IMG/VR virus record: IMGVR_UViG_3300031250_000001
Strand: one strand, 5' to 3'
DNA length: 20,000 bases
Source of the DNA: an uncultured virus (IMG/VR IMGVR_UViG_3300031250_000001)
Taxonomy: Duplodnaviria; Heunggongvirae; Uroviricota; Caudoviricetes
The position numbers and the translations under genes were made by a program. A model generated the notes under the pieces. The model ran no database searches, had not been told where the DNA came from, and saw nothing but the letters and a program-made list of their open reading frames with translations. Each line of letters opens with the position of its first letter. Positions within the stretch are counted from its first letter, which is position 1. This document shows positions 1 through 8,500 of this stretch, piece after piece.

Positions 1-2
1 AG

Positions 3-767
3 GCGTCAGGCTCGGGCTACGGGCAGTCGACCGACAACTACTCGTGCGATGTATATGCGCACAAGAAGGACATAGGCGACCAGGTGCGCGCCAATGCGGA
101 CGCGCCGCTCAGCCCGGATCTCGATGCGGTCACCTTCGTGTCTCAGCGCCTGATGCTGCGCCAAGAGGTGCAGTGGGTCACCGACACATTCGCGACCGGC
201 AAGTGGGGTACGGATGCGTCGTTTACCACCCCGACGCAGTGGTCGACGTACACCAGCTCAGACCCGATCACCGACATCGAGACTGGCAAAACTACGATCC
301 TAAAAAACACCGGTTTCCTGCCGAACAAGCTGGTGCTCGGATACGAGGTATACACGAAGTTGAAGCACCACCCGGACATCGTCGACCGCATCTCCGGCGG
401 CGCGACGGCCGCGAATCCGGCGCTCGGAAGCGACGCGCTCCTGGCTCGCATCTTCGGCGTGGACGAAGTCATCATCCCGATGGCGATCAAGAACACCGGC
501 AAAGAGGGCGAGGCGGATTCATTCGGCTTCACGCACGGCAAGCACGCACTCCTTTGCTACACGACCTCGACGCCTGGGCTGCTCTCGCCAACCGCTGGCT
601 ACACCTTCCAGTGGCAGGGCGTAAGTCAGGGGCTCGGCACGGCGGTCGGCATCAAGAAGTTCCGCATGGAGGCTCTCGCCTCGGACCGCGTCGAGGGGCA
701 GATCGCATTCGACAACAAGATCGTGTCCACCGACCTCGGCTACTTCTTCAACTCCGTGGTGGCCTAA
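3..767 (+). CDS. Major capsid protein, 5'-truncated by window edge (HK97 fold, lambda gpE-like family)
   Basis: The frame of track ORF 84..767 is open back to nt 3 (ASGSGYGQSTDNYSCDVYAHKKDIGDQVRANAD...). Motifs SDPITDIE, PNKLVLGYEVYTKLKHHPDIVDRI, LLARIFGVDEV, PTAGYTFQW and DLGYFFNSVVA resemble gpE-like capsid proteins. It lies at the head of a head-tail gene cluster. Confidence 0.88.
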   Translation, partial: ASGSGYGQSTDNYSCDVYAHKKDIGDQVRANADAPLSPDLDAVTFVSQRLMLRQEVQWVTDTFATGKWGTDASFTTPTQWSTYTSSDPITDIETGKTTILKNTGFLPNKLVLGYEVYTKLKHHPDIVDRISGGATAANPALGSDALLARIFGVDEVIIPMAIKNTGKEGEADSFGFTHGKHALLCYTTSTPGLLSPTAGYTFQWQGVSQGLGTAVGIKKFRMEALASDRVEGQIAFDNKIVSTDLGYFFNSVVA

Positions 768-769
768 CC

Positions 770-949
770 ATGATGGTGCAGGTGCTCCGGTCGATCAGCG
801 GACTCAATGCCCGTCCTGGCGACCTCGTGGACGCCAGCGATTGGGCACCGAACCGCGTGCACATGCTGACCAAGCAACGCCGTATCCTGCCGGTGGCGCT
901 GGTCGGCGAGAAGAAGGGGCGGCCCGATGCGCAAGCTCTCGGACGGTAG
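770..949 (+). CDS. Small hypothetical protein after the capsid gene (59 aa, MMVQVLRSISGLNARPGDLVDASDW...)
   Basis: ATG lies 2 nt after the capsid TAA. It is the C-terminal part of track ORF 44..949 and fills the gap to the next gene. Small post-capsid genes of this kind are common in phages. Confidence 0.65.
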   Translation: MMVQVLRSISGLNARPGDLVDASDWAPNRVHMLTKQRRILPVALVGEKKGRPDAQALGR

Positions 950-1238
950 GAACTACATCGGCAAGGTTGGTCTGGCCGGTGTGGCGTCGGGCTCCTTCAC
1001 CCACGCCGCCGGCACCATCGCCGGCGCAGGCGGGACGGTCTACACGGTGACGTCGGGCGTCGCTGATGTACAGATCGGCGACATCCTGCAGGTGGCACCG
1101 AATTACAACCCCGGCACGGCCACTGTGGAGGCGACGGCGATTGGCGCTGGTACCGTAGTGTACCGGATCTCCAATCCCGCCGGCACCGTAAGTTGGGGCG
1201 CCGGAACCGTTAATTTCTTCGCACTGCGGACCATCTGA
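927..1238 (+). CDS. Small Gly/Thr/Val-rich virion protein, possible head decoration or cement protein
   Basis: 103 aa with beta-strand-like composition. Purine-rich AAGAAGGGG lies upstream of the ATG. It is located between capsid and adaptor genes. Confidence 0.6.
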   Translation: MRKLSDGRNYIGKVGLAGVASGSFTHAAGTIAGAGGTVYTVTSGVADVQIGDILQVAPNYNPGTATVEATAIGAGTVVYRISNPAGTVSWGAGTVNFFALRTI

Positions 1239-1246
1239 CGGGGTGA

Positions 1247-1684
1247 GTGGTGGGCTCCCCGACGCGACTCGCTGGCGGGGTCGTCACCCTGTACAGTGGC
1301 ACGGTCACCACGGCGGGCACCGTCGTTGGTGGGACCGTTACCGGGCTAGGCGGGGCGCAGTGCCTCGCCGTGCAGGCGGCGTTTGTCTACGGCTCGAGCG
1401 GCACGTCGGCTAAGGCGTATCTGCAGACCTCGCTCGATGGCGCATCGAGCTGGCTCGACATCGCGTCGTTTGCCTTCGCAACCTCAAGTGCGACGCGCGT
1501 GTTCGCCATCGGTATGGGGTCGAGCTCGGGCACCGCGCAGGTGACGCCGGCTGACGGTGCGCTCGCCGACAACACGCAGGTCGCCGGCATTCTCGGCGAC
1601 CGCTTCCGCGTCAAGGTGATCTCCACGGGCACGTACGCCGGCAACACCACCGTCACTCTGTCGGCGGCGGTGAAGAGCGCCTGA
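1247..1684 (+). CDS. Putative virion structural protein (beta-sandwich-like, possible head decoration)
   Basis: 145 aa, Gly/Thr/Ser/Ala-rich, with patterns such as LQTSLDG..W.DIA and RFRVKV..TGTY. Its TGA overlaps the next ATG. Confidence 0.6.
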   Translation: MVGSPTRLAGGVVTLYSGTVTTAGTVVGGTVTGLGGAQCLAVQAAFVYGSSGTSAKAYLQTSLDGASSWLDIASFAFATSSATRVFAIGMGSSSGTAQVTPADGALADNTQVAGILGDRFRVKVISTGTYAGNTTVTLSAAVKSA

Positions 1685-2151
1685 TGCCGACACTCGCCGA
1701 AAAGAATCGTCCGGGCAGCTGGACCTACGATGGCGATCCTGGCGCCTCGAGTCTCAGCTGGGTGCGCTGGCGCGTGGGCGATGTGTTTCGCGACGATCAG
1801 CTGCAGTCCGATCAGGAGATTGCGCAGGCGCTCACGGATGCGTCGAGCAACCAGACGCTGGCCGCGGCGATGGTCTGTGACCGCATCGCGGCGGACTTCT
1901 CGCGCGAAGTGGACCTGACCATCAACGATGGTTCGGGCGCTTCTCGCACACGGTCGCTCTCGCAGCGAGCGCGTGCCTATGCGGCGCTTGCCAAGCAGCT
2001 TCGCGACGATCTTGCCAGCGGCTCCTCACTCGCCGCGCTGTTCCCGGCGCCGTACGCCGGCGGCATCTCGCAGGCCGACAAGGACACGCAGACCGCCGAC
2101 GCGGACCGCGTGGCGCCGGCGTTCACCGTCGACATGCAGGACTACCTCTGA
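1684..2151 (+). CDS. Head-tail adaptor/connector protein
   Basis: WTYDGDP...VRWRVGD....QLQSDQEI...L, AAAMVCDRIAADFSR, SQRARAY..LA..LR and PYAGGIS..DK are patterns typical of phage head-to-tail adaptors. It is coupled by TGATG overlaps on both sides. Confidence 0.75.
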   Translation: MPTLAEKNRPGSWTYDGDPGASSLSWVRWRVGDVFRDDQLQSDQEIAQALTDASSNQTLAAAMVCDRIAADFSREVDLTINDGSGASRTRSLSQRARAYAALAKQLRDDLASGSSLAALFPAPYAGGISQADKDTQTADADRVAPAFTVDMQDYL

Positions 2152-2687
2152 TGCAGATCGAAGTCCGACAGGAAGGTGCGGAGCCGGTGATTCGTCACCT
2201 GCGGGAAGCGCCGACCACGATTCGCGATGCGCTGGCCAAAGAAGCCTTCGCCATCGGCGCGCGCGCGGTCCGCTACATCAAGGATGTCTACCGCTCGCGC
2301 GGCGGCCCGGATTCGACCTGGGTGCGTAGCGCACAGTTGCGCAACAGCTATAGCCAGCGCGTCGATCGCGATGGCGGCGACGTCGTCCTGAACGTCGGGG
2401 CGATCCAGCCGACCGACAACGGACAGGTGCCGATTCAGGCGCGCGTGCAGGAAGGGTTCGACGCCGCCGGCAATCGCGTCGCGCAATTCGTCATCACGCC
2501 GAAGAAGGGCAACTACCTGACCTTCCCAATTCGCGACGGCGGCGGACTGGCCGCATCGAGCATCATCGGCTGGGTGCGCGTGAAACGCGTGGTCTTGCGG
2601 CCGCGCCCGGCGCTTGAGCCGACCTCGCCCGCAATCCTGCAGGCGTTGACCGACCGCGCCGGCCAGGTGGTGGCGGATGCGCTCTGA
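2151..2687 (+). CDS. Neck/tail completion protein (HK97 gp10 / virion morphogenesis-like)
   Basis: VRSAQLRNSY (cf. V.TG.LR.S), ARVQEG (cf. YA..HE.G), ITPKKGNYLTFP, VKRV...PRPALEP; synteny between adaptor and terminator genes. Confidence 0.72.
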   Translation: MQIEVRQEGAEPVIRHLREAPTTIRDALAKEAFAIGARAVRYIKDVYRSRGGPDSTWVRSAQLRNSYSQRVDRDGGDVVLNVGAIQPTDNGQVPIQARVQEGFDAAGNRVAQFVITPKKGNYLTFPIRDGGGLAASSIIGWVRVKRVVLRPRPALEPTSPAILQALTDRAGQVVADAL

Positions 2688-3139
2688 TGGCCGACGAATC
2701 GATTCGGCAGCAGATCCTGTCGAAGTGGGTCGAGGTGTTTCGCGCGACGAGCAAGCTCAGGCGCGTCGAGGACACCGAGCCCTACGATTACGACAAGGCG
2801 CCGATGCCCACGCTCCATATCATGGAGGGGCAGGAAACCGTCAACTTCGGCAAGTTTCACGGGCTGGCGCTGTGCGACCTCATCGTCGTCGGCCAGCTGA
2901 TCTACAAGTTCAATTCGAGCGATCCGCAGCAGTCGCTGCACCGGCAGGCGCGCGCCTGGCTCGCCTTCATGCAGCAGACGGTGATGGCGAATCTGCAGTG
3001 GGGCGGCCTGGCTATGCTGACGCTCGAGGGCGGCAGCGAACCGGGCAAGCTCGATTCCGACACGCTCTCGGCGGGCGTGCTCACGACGTGGTGGACGGTT
3101 CGGTATCGGCGCAACGCGTTCGATCCCTACCAGCGGTGA
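2687..3139 (+). CDS. Putative tail terminator protein
   Basis: 150 aa immediately upstream of the tail tube gene. N-terminal SIRQQIL, central P.LHI..G.E and C-terminal V.YR....DPY match the gpU-like pattern. Confidence 0.68.
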   Translation: MADESIRQQILSKWVEVFRATSKLRRVEDTEPYDYDKAPMPTLHIMEGQETVNFGKFHGLALCDLIVVGQLIYKFNSSDPQQSLHRQARAWLAFMQQTVMANLQWGGLAMLTLEGGSEPGKLDSDTLSAGVLTTWWTVRYRRNAFDPYQR

Positions 3140-3147
3140 GGTGACCA

Positions 3148-4131
3148 ATGGCGTTCAATGAAGTGCTCTCTCAAATCAGCCCCACCCTGGTGAAAATTGG
3201 CGGTTCCGTCACGCCGACGGGTGGAACCGACGACATCCTGACCTCCGGCAACTCGGTGAAGTTCACGCCGAAGATCGACATGATCAAGCTGCGCCAGCAC
3301 TCGTCGAGCTTCACCAAGCGCGTGGGCATTCCGGCCGCACGGCGCTGGCAGGTCGCGCTGCAGTTCTACATGCAGGGGTCCGGCGGTGGCGGCACGGTGG
3401 GCGTCAACGGCTTTGCCGGCATCGATGCACTTCTGCAGGCCGGCGGCATGGCGCGCGCTACCACGGCGGGCACGATCACCTACACGCCGATGCCGATCAG
3501 CTCGCTCGGCACCGCGTTCGCTGCGACGATCTGGAACGAGCAGGACGGCCTGCTGCACAAGACCTACAACGCCGTCGGCAATCCCGTGTTCGAGGGCGTG
3601 CCGACCGATGGCTTGAAGGTCACCTGGACCGGCCAGGGCGACTACGAAGCACCGACACAGGCGAGCATCTCCGGCTTTACCGGTGGCACCGACCGCAGTG
3701 AGGCGTTCCTAGGTATCCTGGGTACGATCACGCCGTCGGGCGGCTCTGGTTATACGCCGGTCGTCTCCCGCGTCACGTTTGACCGCGGCATTCGTATCGC
3801 CGAGATGCCCGACTCGAACGCATCGACGGGCATCAAGAAGTCGTTCATCGTCGATGGCAATCCGACCCTCACGTTGGTCATCGCCGCCGACTCCGACAAC
3901 TCGGCCAACCTCACCTACAACAAGTTGCACACCGACTGGACGGGCAAGGTGGTGCATTCCGTCGTGTTCACGCAGGGCACAGCGGTGGGCTCGCGCTGCA
4001 AGTACACCCTCTCGCAGTCGCAGATCTCCGACCTCTCGCGCACCGAAGGCGACGGTTACCACCTGATCAATCTTTCCTACGACATCACGAACACCACCGA
4101 CGATACGGATTTCTCCATAGCGATCTTCTGA
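3148..4131 (+). CDS. Major tail (tube) protein
   Basis: 327 aa, beta-rich (IDALLQAGGM...ITYTP). Shine-Dalgarno GAGGTGA precedes the ATG. It lies between the terminator and chaperone genes, and no sheath gene is present. Confidence 0.8.
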   Translation: MAFNEVLSQISPTLVKIGGSVTPTGGTDDILTSGNSVKFTPKIDMIKLRQHSSSFTKRVGIPAARRWQVALQFYMQGSGGGGTVGVNGFAGIDALLQAGGMARATTAGTITYTPMPISSLGTAFAATIWNEQDGLLHKTYNAVGNPVFEGVPTDGLKVTWTGQGDYEAPTQASISGFTGGTDRSEAFLGILGTITPSGGSGYTPVVSRVTFDRGIRIAEMPDSNASTGIKKSFIVDGNPTLTLVIAADSDNSANLTYNKLHTDWTGKVVHSVVFTQGTAVGSRCKYTLSQSQISDLSRTEGDGYHLINLSYDITNTTDDTDFSIAIF

Positions 4132-4139
4132 GGTGATGC

Positions 4140-4604
4140 GTGGCAATCAAGCTCCTCGATCTCTCAACGCTCAAGCGCGATCTGGAAATCCACAAGGGGC
4201 ACGGCACAGCCGACGAGCCGCGGCCGCCGTTTGTGGTGCTAGTGCGCTACCTGTCGCGCCCGACGCTCGTCGCCCTGCAGCGCGAAACGGCGGCCGAGAC
4301 GGGCATCTCGGAGGCGGATGCGGCCAAGAAATGGGCCGGTCACTGTATTGCGGGATGGTCTGGCCTCACGCCGCTGATCGCCCGCGAGCTGAATGTGCCG
4401 GCTGGTGACGAGTCGGCGGCGGCCGATGGGTTCATCCCCTACGATGCCGAGGCGGCGGCGACGCTCTGGCACTACGCCAACGTCAACCTCTTCTCGGCTC
4501 GCATCACCGCCTTTGCGTTCGCGCTCCTCGGCACGATCGAGAAAGAGAAGGACGTCTCAAAAAACGACTCAGGCGCCTTGTCGGCGCCCAATTCAACCCC
4601 CTGA
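4140..4604 (+). CDS. Tail assembly chaperone (gpG-like)
   Basis: GTG start after GAGGTGA. Contains IAGWSGL and IPYD.E.A..L chaperone-like motifs, lies between tube and tape measure genes, and has a slippery site near the 3' end. Confidence 0.82.
   Translation: MAIKLLDLSTLKRDLEIHKGHGTADEPRPPFVVLVRYLSRPTLVALQRETAAETGISEADAAKKWAGHCIAGWSGLTPLIARELNVPAGDESAAADGFIPYDAEAAATLWHYANVNLFSARITAFAFALLGTIEKEKDVSKNDSGALSAPNSTP
4559..4588 (+). promoter_or_regulatory. Programmed -1 ribosomal frameshift signal: A AAA AAC heptamer, 6-nt spacer, GGCGCC-TTGTC-GGCGCC hairpin
   Basis: Codons TCA AAA AAC (4557-4565) place an X XXY YYZ heptamer in the correct phase. The stem pairs 4572-4577 with 4583-4588. Confidence 0.8.
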
Positions 4605-4942
4605 TTCCGAAGGACTGCCGGAAATGCGTCAAGCTCCCGGCAGCCGAGCGAGCGCGATGCGTCCCCGTCTGCTTCTGGAAGCAGTTCGACGAGTTCGAGC
4701 ACCGCATGCTCGGGCTGTGGACGCTCGTCTCCGCCGGCGAGCAGTGGACCGACGAGGCCAAGCACAAGCGCATCCGCTTCTGGGTGGATACGGGACTGCT
4801 CGGCGAGGCGCGGACGGGTGGGCATCCGGCCTACCTGTCACCATTCGTCGAGCCGTGGGAAGTGTTGGCGCTCCTGAAGGAAATCGCCGCGGCGCTGAAC
4901 GCGAACCACGCCGCGCAGCGGCAGATGCTCGAGGCGCGCTAG
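4565..4942 (+). CDS. gpT-like extension of the tail assembly chaperone, expressed by -1 frameshift (gpGT, 4140..4942)
   Basis: The -1 frame from the slippery site is open (RLRRLVGAQFNPLIPKDCRKCVKLPAAERARCVPVCFWKQFDEFEHR) and continues in-frame into track ORF 4706..4942. Confidence 0.8.
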   Translation, partial: RLRRLVGAQFNPLIPKDCRKCVKLPAAERARCVPVCFWKQFDEFEHRMLGLWTLVSAGEQWTDEAKHKRIRFWVDTGLLGEARTGGHPAYLSPFVEPWEVLALLKEIAAALNANHAAQRQMLEAR

Positions 4943-5493
4943 CGCGGCACGAGGCCAACGAAGGCGCCGGAGAACGAGTCGAAGACACAATCACCGACCA
5001 GGAACAGCCCCGGTGGCGATGCGGTGGCGATCTGCAGGCTGCCGTCGAAATCTTGGATAAACGCGAGGTACCCCAACGTTCCGACTTGAAGGCCGCTGTC
5101 GTAATCGATGCGGACGACGTTCTGTGTGCCATTGGAGCGATCAGGCAGCGAGACGACGAGGGTGAGCTTCGCCGCGTCCACGCGCAATCGCGCCTCGTGC
5201 GGTCCGCCAGCGATCAGCTTGACGGTGATCGGATCGCCGCAGCGCTCGCTGAAGCGACCTTGCCATTCGCAGACCGGACCCGTTGCGGCGACATCGAAAA
5301 ATGTGTCCGGGCAACGCACTGCGGGGGCCGGCGTTGGTGTCGGTGCACTGCATCCGTTCAGCGCATTATTGACTGCCGTAACCAGCTCACTGATCGAGAC
5401 TTCGCCGTCGCCATTGCAGTCGCCGCAACACTGCGCCGCGCCGCGCTGACCCGCGAGCAGTACCAGCGCGGCGACCAGGACTCGGAGGGCCAT
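4939..5493 (-). CDS. Secreted protein with signal peptide, single dockerin-like EF-hand motif, PT linker and Cys-containing C-terminal domain (moron)
   Basis: MALRVLVAALVLLAGQRGAA|Q is signal-peptide-like, followed by CCGDCNGDGEVSISELVTAVNNALNGC and APTPTPAP. The ORF exactly fills the gap between gpGT and the tape measure gene in the opposite orientation. Confidence 0.8.
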   Translation of the reverse strand: MALRVLVAALVLLAGQRGAAQCCGDCNGDGEVSISELVTAVNNALNGCSAPTPTPAPAVRCPDTFFDVAATGPVCEWQGRFSERCGDPITVKLIAGGPHEARLRVDAAKLTLVVSLPDRSNGTQNVVRIDYDSGLQVGTLGYLAFIQDFDGSLQIATASPPGLFLVGDCVFDSFSGAFVGLVPR

Positions 5494-5501
5494 CTCCTCG
5501 C

Positions 5502-5530
5502 CGCGTAACGCGCGGCGCCTGGAGTGTCAA
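5502..5530 (-). promoter_or_regulatory. Putative sigma70-type promoter for the antisense moron
   Basis: The minus strand reads TTGACA (5530-5525), 17 nt, TACGCG (5507-5502), 8 nt, ATG (5493). The -35 is perfect; the -10 is weak. Confidence 0.4.
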
Positions 5531-5535
5531 ACCTG

Positions 5536-8500
5536 ATGCCTGACCGCGAGATCAAACTCGTCTACCGCATCACCGACGACGGCACCATCAAGGTGCTGAA
5601 CACCGTCGAGCAGTCGGTCGAGAACATTGGCACGAAGGCTAGCGCATCCTCGGCGCAAGCCGGCGCCGCGTTCGGCTCGCTCGGTGGCAAGGCGCTGGCG
5701 CTCGGCGCCGCGGTCGGCGTGGTGACCGGTGCGTTCGCCGCGGCAGAAGGTGCGGCCGCAGGCATCGTCAATAAGATCCACGAGCTCGACCATATCGGCG
5801 AGACGGCGAAAGCCATCGGCCTCACGACCACCGAGCTGTCCTCGCTGCGCCTGGCCGCACAGCAGGGCGGCGTGCCGCTCGAAACGCTTGGACGGAGCGC
5901 GGCGTTCTTCGCCCGCCAAATGGTCGAGGCGACCGACAAAACATCCAAGCAGGGGCAGATCTTCTCTGCGCTCGGGATCGATGTGCATCAAGGTCTTTTG
6001 CCGGCCTTGGTGCAGCTCGGTCAGCAGTTCGACAAGCTGCCCGACGGGCCGGTCAAGACGAAGCTCGCCTTCGACCTCCTGAGCCGCGGCGGCCTCGCCA
6101 GTCTGAACGTCATCAACGGGGCGCTCGCCGATCAGATCAAGCTCAACGAACAGCTCGGCGCGACGATCGACGAGAAGACCGCCGGCGCTATTGGTAATGC
6201 GGCCGACGCACTTGATCGTGCCGACCTGGCGCTCGGTGCGGTTGGGGAGACGCTTGCCGCTCGCGTCGCGCCGAGCATCGCGGCGGCCGCCGACGGCACC
6301 ACCAGCTGGGCCACCAGTGTCACCGCCCTGGTCAAGAGCGATCTGGCCGGCTGGGTCGAGGATGTCAGCGGCAAGGCGCAAACGCTGCTGACGCTTCTCG
6401 GGCCGCTCGGGCAGGGCTTCGGCAACCTGGTCGGCGTCAGCGGCAGGCTCTTGGGCTTCGCGATCCGCGTCAACGACGGCAACGGCCCCGGCGCCGGCCC
6501 CTTCGCGTCCGGTACGCCGTCGTTTCCGCCGACCGAGAATTCCGACGACATTACCGCGGCCGTGCAGCGCGCGCGCTACAACGAGCAGCTGCGCAAGCTG
6601 CTCGGCGACCCGGACAAGCCTCCCAGTGGCGGCAACGGCGGCGCCGGGCATCTCGCGACCCTGACCGACCAGTCGCTCGTCGGCGCCCAGCAGGCACTCG
6701 TCACTAATGCGCAGACCGAGCTCACCGTCGATCAGCAGGCGCTCGACGTCTTCCAGCGCCGCGTCGCGCTCGAGAACACGCTTGCGACCACGCAGCAGCA
6801 GCGCCTGACGATCCTGAACGAGAACGAGCAGCAGGAGCTTGCGCTTGCCCAAGCGATCGACGCCGCCAAGTCGCGCGAGCTCGACGCGCAGCTCGCCGTG
6901 CTCGAAGCGAAGAAGGAAGACCACGACGTCGTCGAGGCGGCGAGCAAAGGCCTCACGGGACAGCTCGACCTGATCAACGCGCAGGAAGACTCGCTGCGCG
7001 CGCAGAAAGACATCCTCAACACCACCGGCGGCGAGGCGGCGAAGGTTGCCGATCAGTACGCTCGCGGGCGCGCCGAGCTGGAAGCGGCGAACAAAGTCGC
7101 GATCAACCTAGGCGACACGCTCGACTCCTCGATCGGGCGCGCGGTCGACGGGCTCCTCGCCGGCGGCGGCGCCAAGACGATCGGCAACGCGATCGAAGGC
7201 ACCGGCACCGCGCTCGCCTCGTCGTTCATCGGCGGTCTCGCGAAAGCCGAACTCGCCAAGGGGCAGTTCGACGCCAAAGTGTCGGACAACTTCACCGTCA
7301 CGCTGCCGGGATTCATGCAGCAGGGCGCGGATGCGCTTGTCGGGATCTGGGACGAGGCGATGGGCCTGCTCGGTCTGTCATCGGATCGGGCGGGACAATC
7401 GATCGTTAGCACCCTGACCAGTGCGTTCTCGCAAACCAGCCAGGCGGCGCAATCCTCGTCGTCGAATGCGACGAGCTATCTGCGTAACATTGTCGGCAAC
7501 CTGCTTGGTGGCAGCAGCGGGGGTGTCGACAGCGCCGCACAGATTGAGGGCGCCCTAGGCTCACAGCCGGTGCTCGACAGTTTCGGCAACGTCGCGGGGT
7601 TTGAAAGCTCGGCAAGCGGCATCGGGGTGGGTGCGGCGGGGGCTGGTGGTGAAGCCAGCGCCGGTGTTGGCGCCGGTGCTGGTGCCGGAGCTGGGTTGGC
7701 CGCCGGTCTGGCCGGGCTCGGCGCCGGCGCCGTTACCGCGTATCTCGCAACGAATCTGATCACTGGCGTCACCGGCACACTGGCGGCAAAGCAGCACATC
7801 AGCCTGCAGAACCAGGTCAATTCGCAAAACCTCCGTGAGTCGTCCGGCATCTGGTCGCCGGCGGCGATCGGGTTGGCCGTTGCCGTCCCGATCGTCGGCC
7901 AGTTCTACGCCATCATCGCGGGGCTGCTCGAGGCCGCGGGTATCTTCGATGTGCCATCCAAGGGGACACAGCTGAAGATCGGTCTCACGAAGTCGCTCCC
8001 GTCGTCGTTTCCACGTCAGCGTGATGTCAATATCGGCGGCCAAACCGGTGTGCGTACGCAGTTCATCGAAGCCGCGCCGACCCCGGAAGATCTTGCCCAC
8101 TTCCGCGACCTCGGGTTCTTCGACATCACGGGACAGACCATCTCGCGCGTTCCCATTGCGGCGCAGCGTCTGCTGCCGGGCATCCAAGCTGGCGCCGCGG
8201 CCAATCCTGGCGTTGACCAGCTGCGCTACGGTGCGGCGCTGGGCCTCGGCGCCGTGCTGGCGCGTGGTCCGGCACAAGCCCCGTCGTACGCCAACGTGCT
8301 CACCAACGATCTCCTGCTGAGCGGGGTGAGCGAGCATCAGGCGCGGTCGGAGCTGTTGGCCGTCGCGGACAAAAACAAGGTGACGCTCGATTCCGGGCTT
8401 AACGAACTGCAGCGCCGCTATCTCAAGGGCAAGTTTCGCGACAATCCGTCGACGTCGGACCGTGAAGACATCAAGGAATTCACTGCGTCGGTCGCGGGGC

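Noticed and set aside
4393..5508. 371-aa plus-strand ORF spanning the chaperone and moron
   Set aside because: Arg/Pro-rich low-information translation. The region is better explained by gpG/gpGT and the minus-strand signal-peptide gene.
4942..5516. GCGCGGC at both moron ends (4942-4948, 5510-5516) as a target-site duplication
   Set aside because: A 7-bp all-GC match is expected by chance at this GC content, and no transposase is present.
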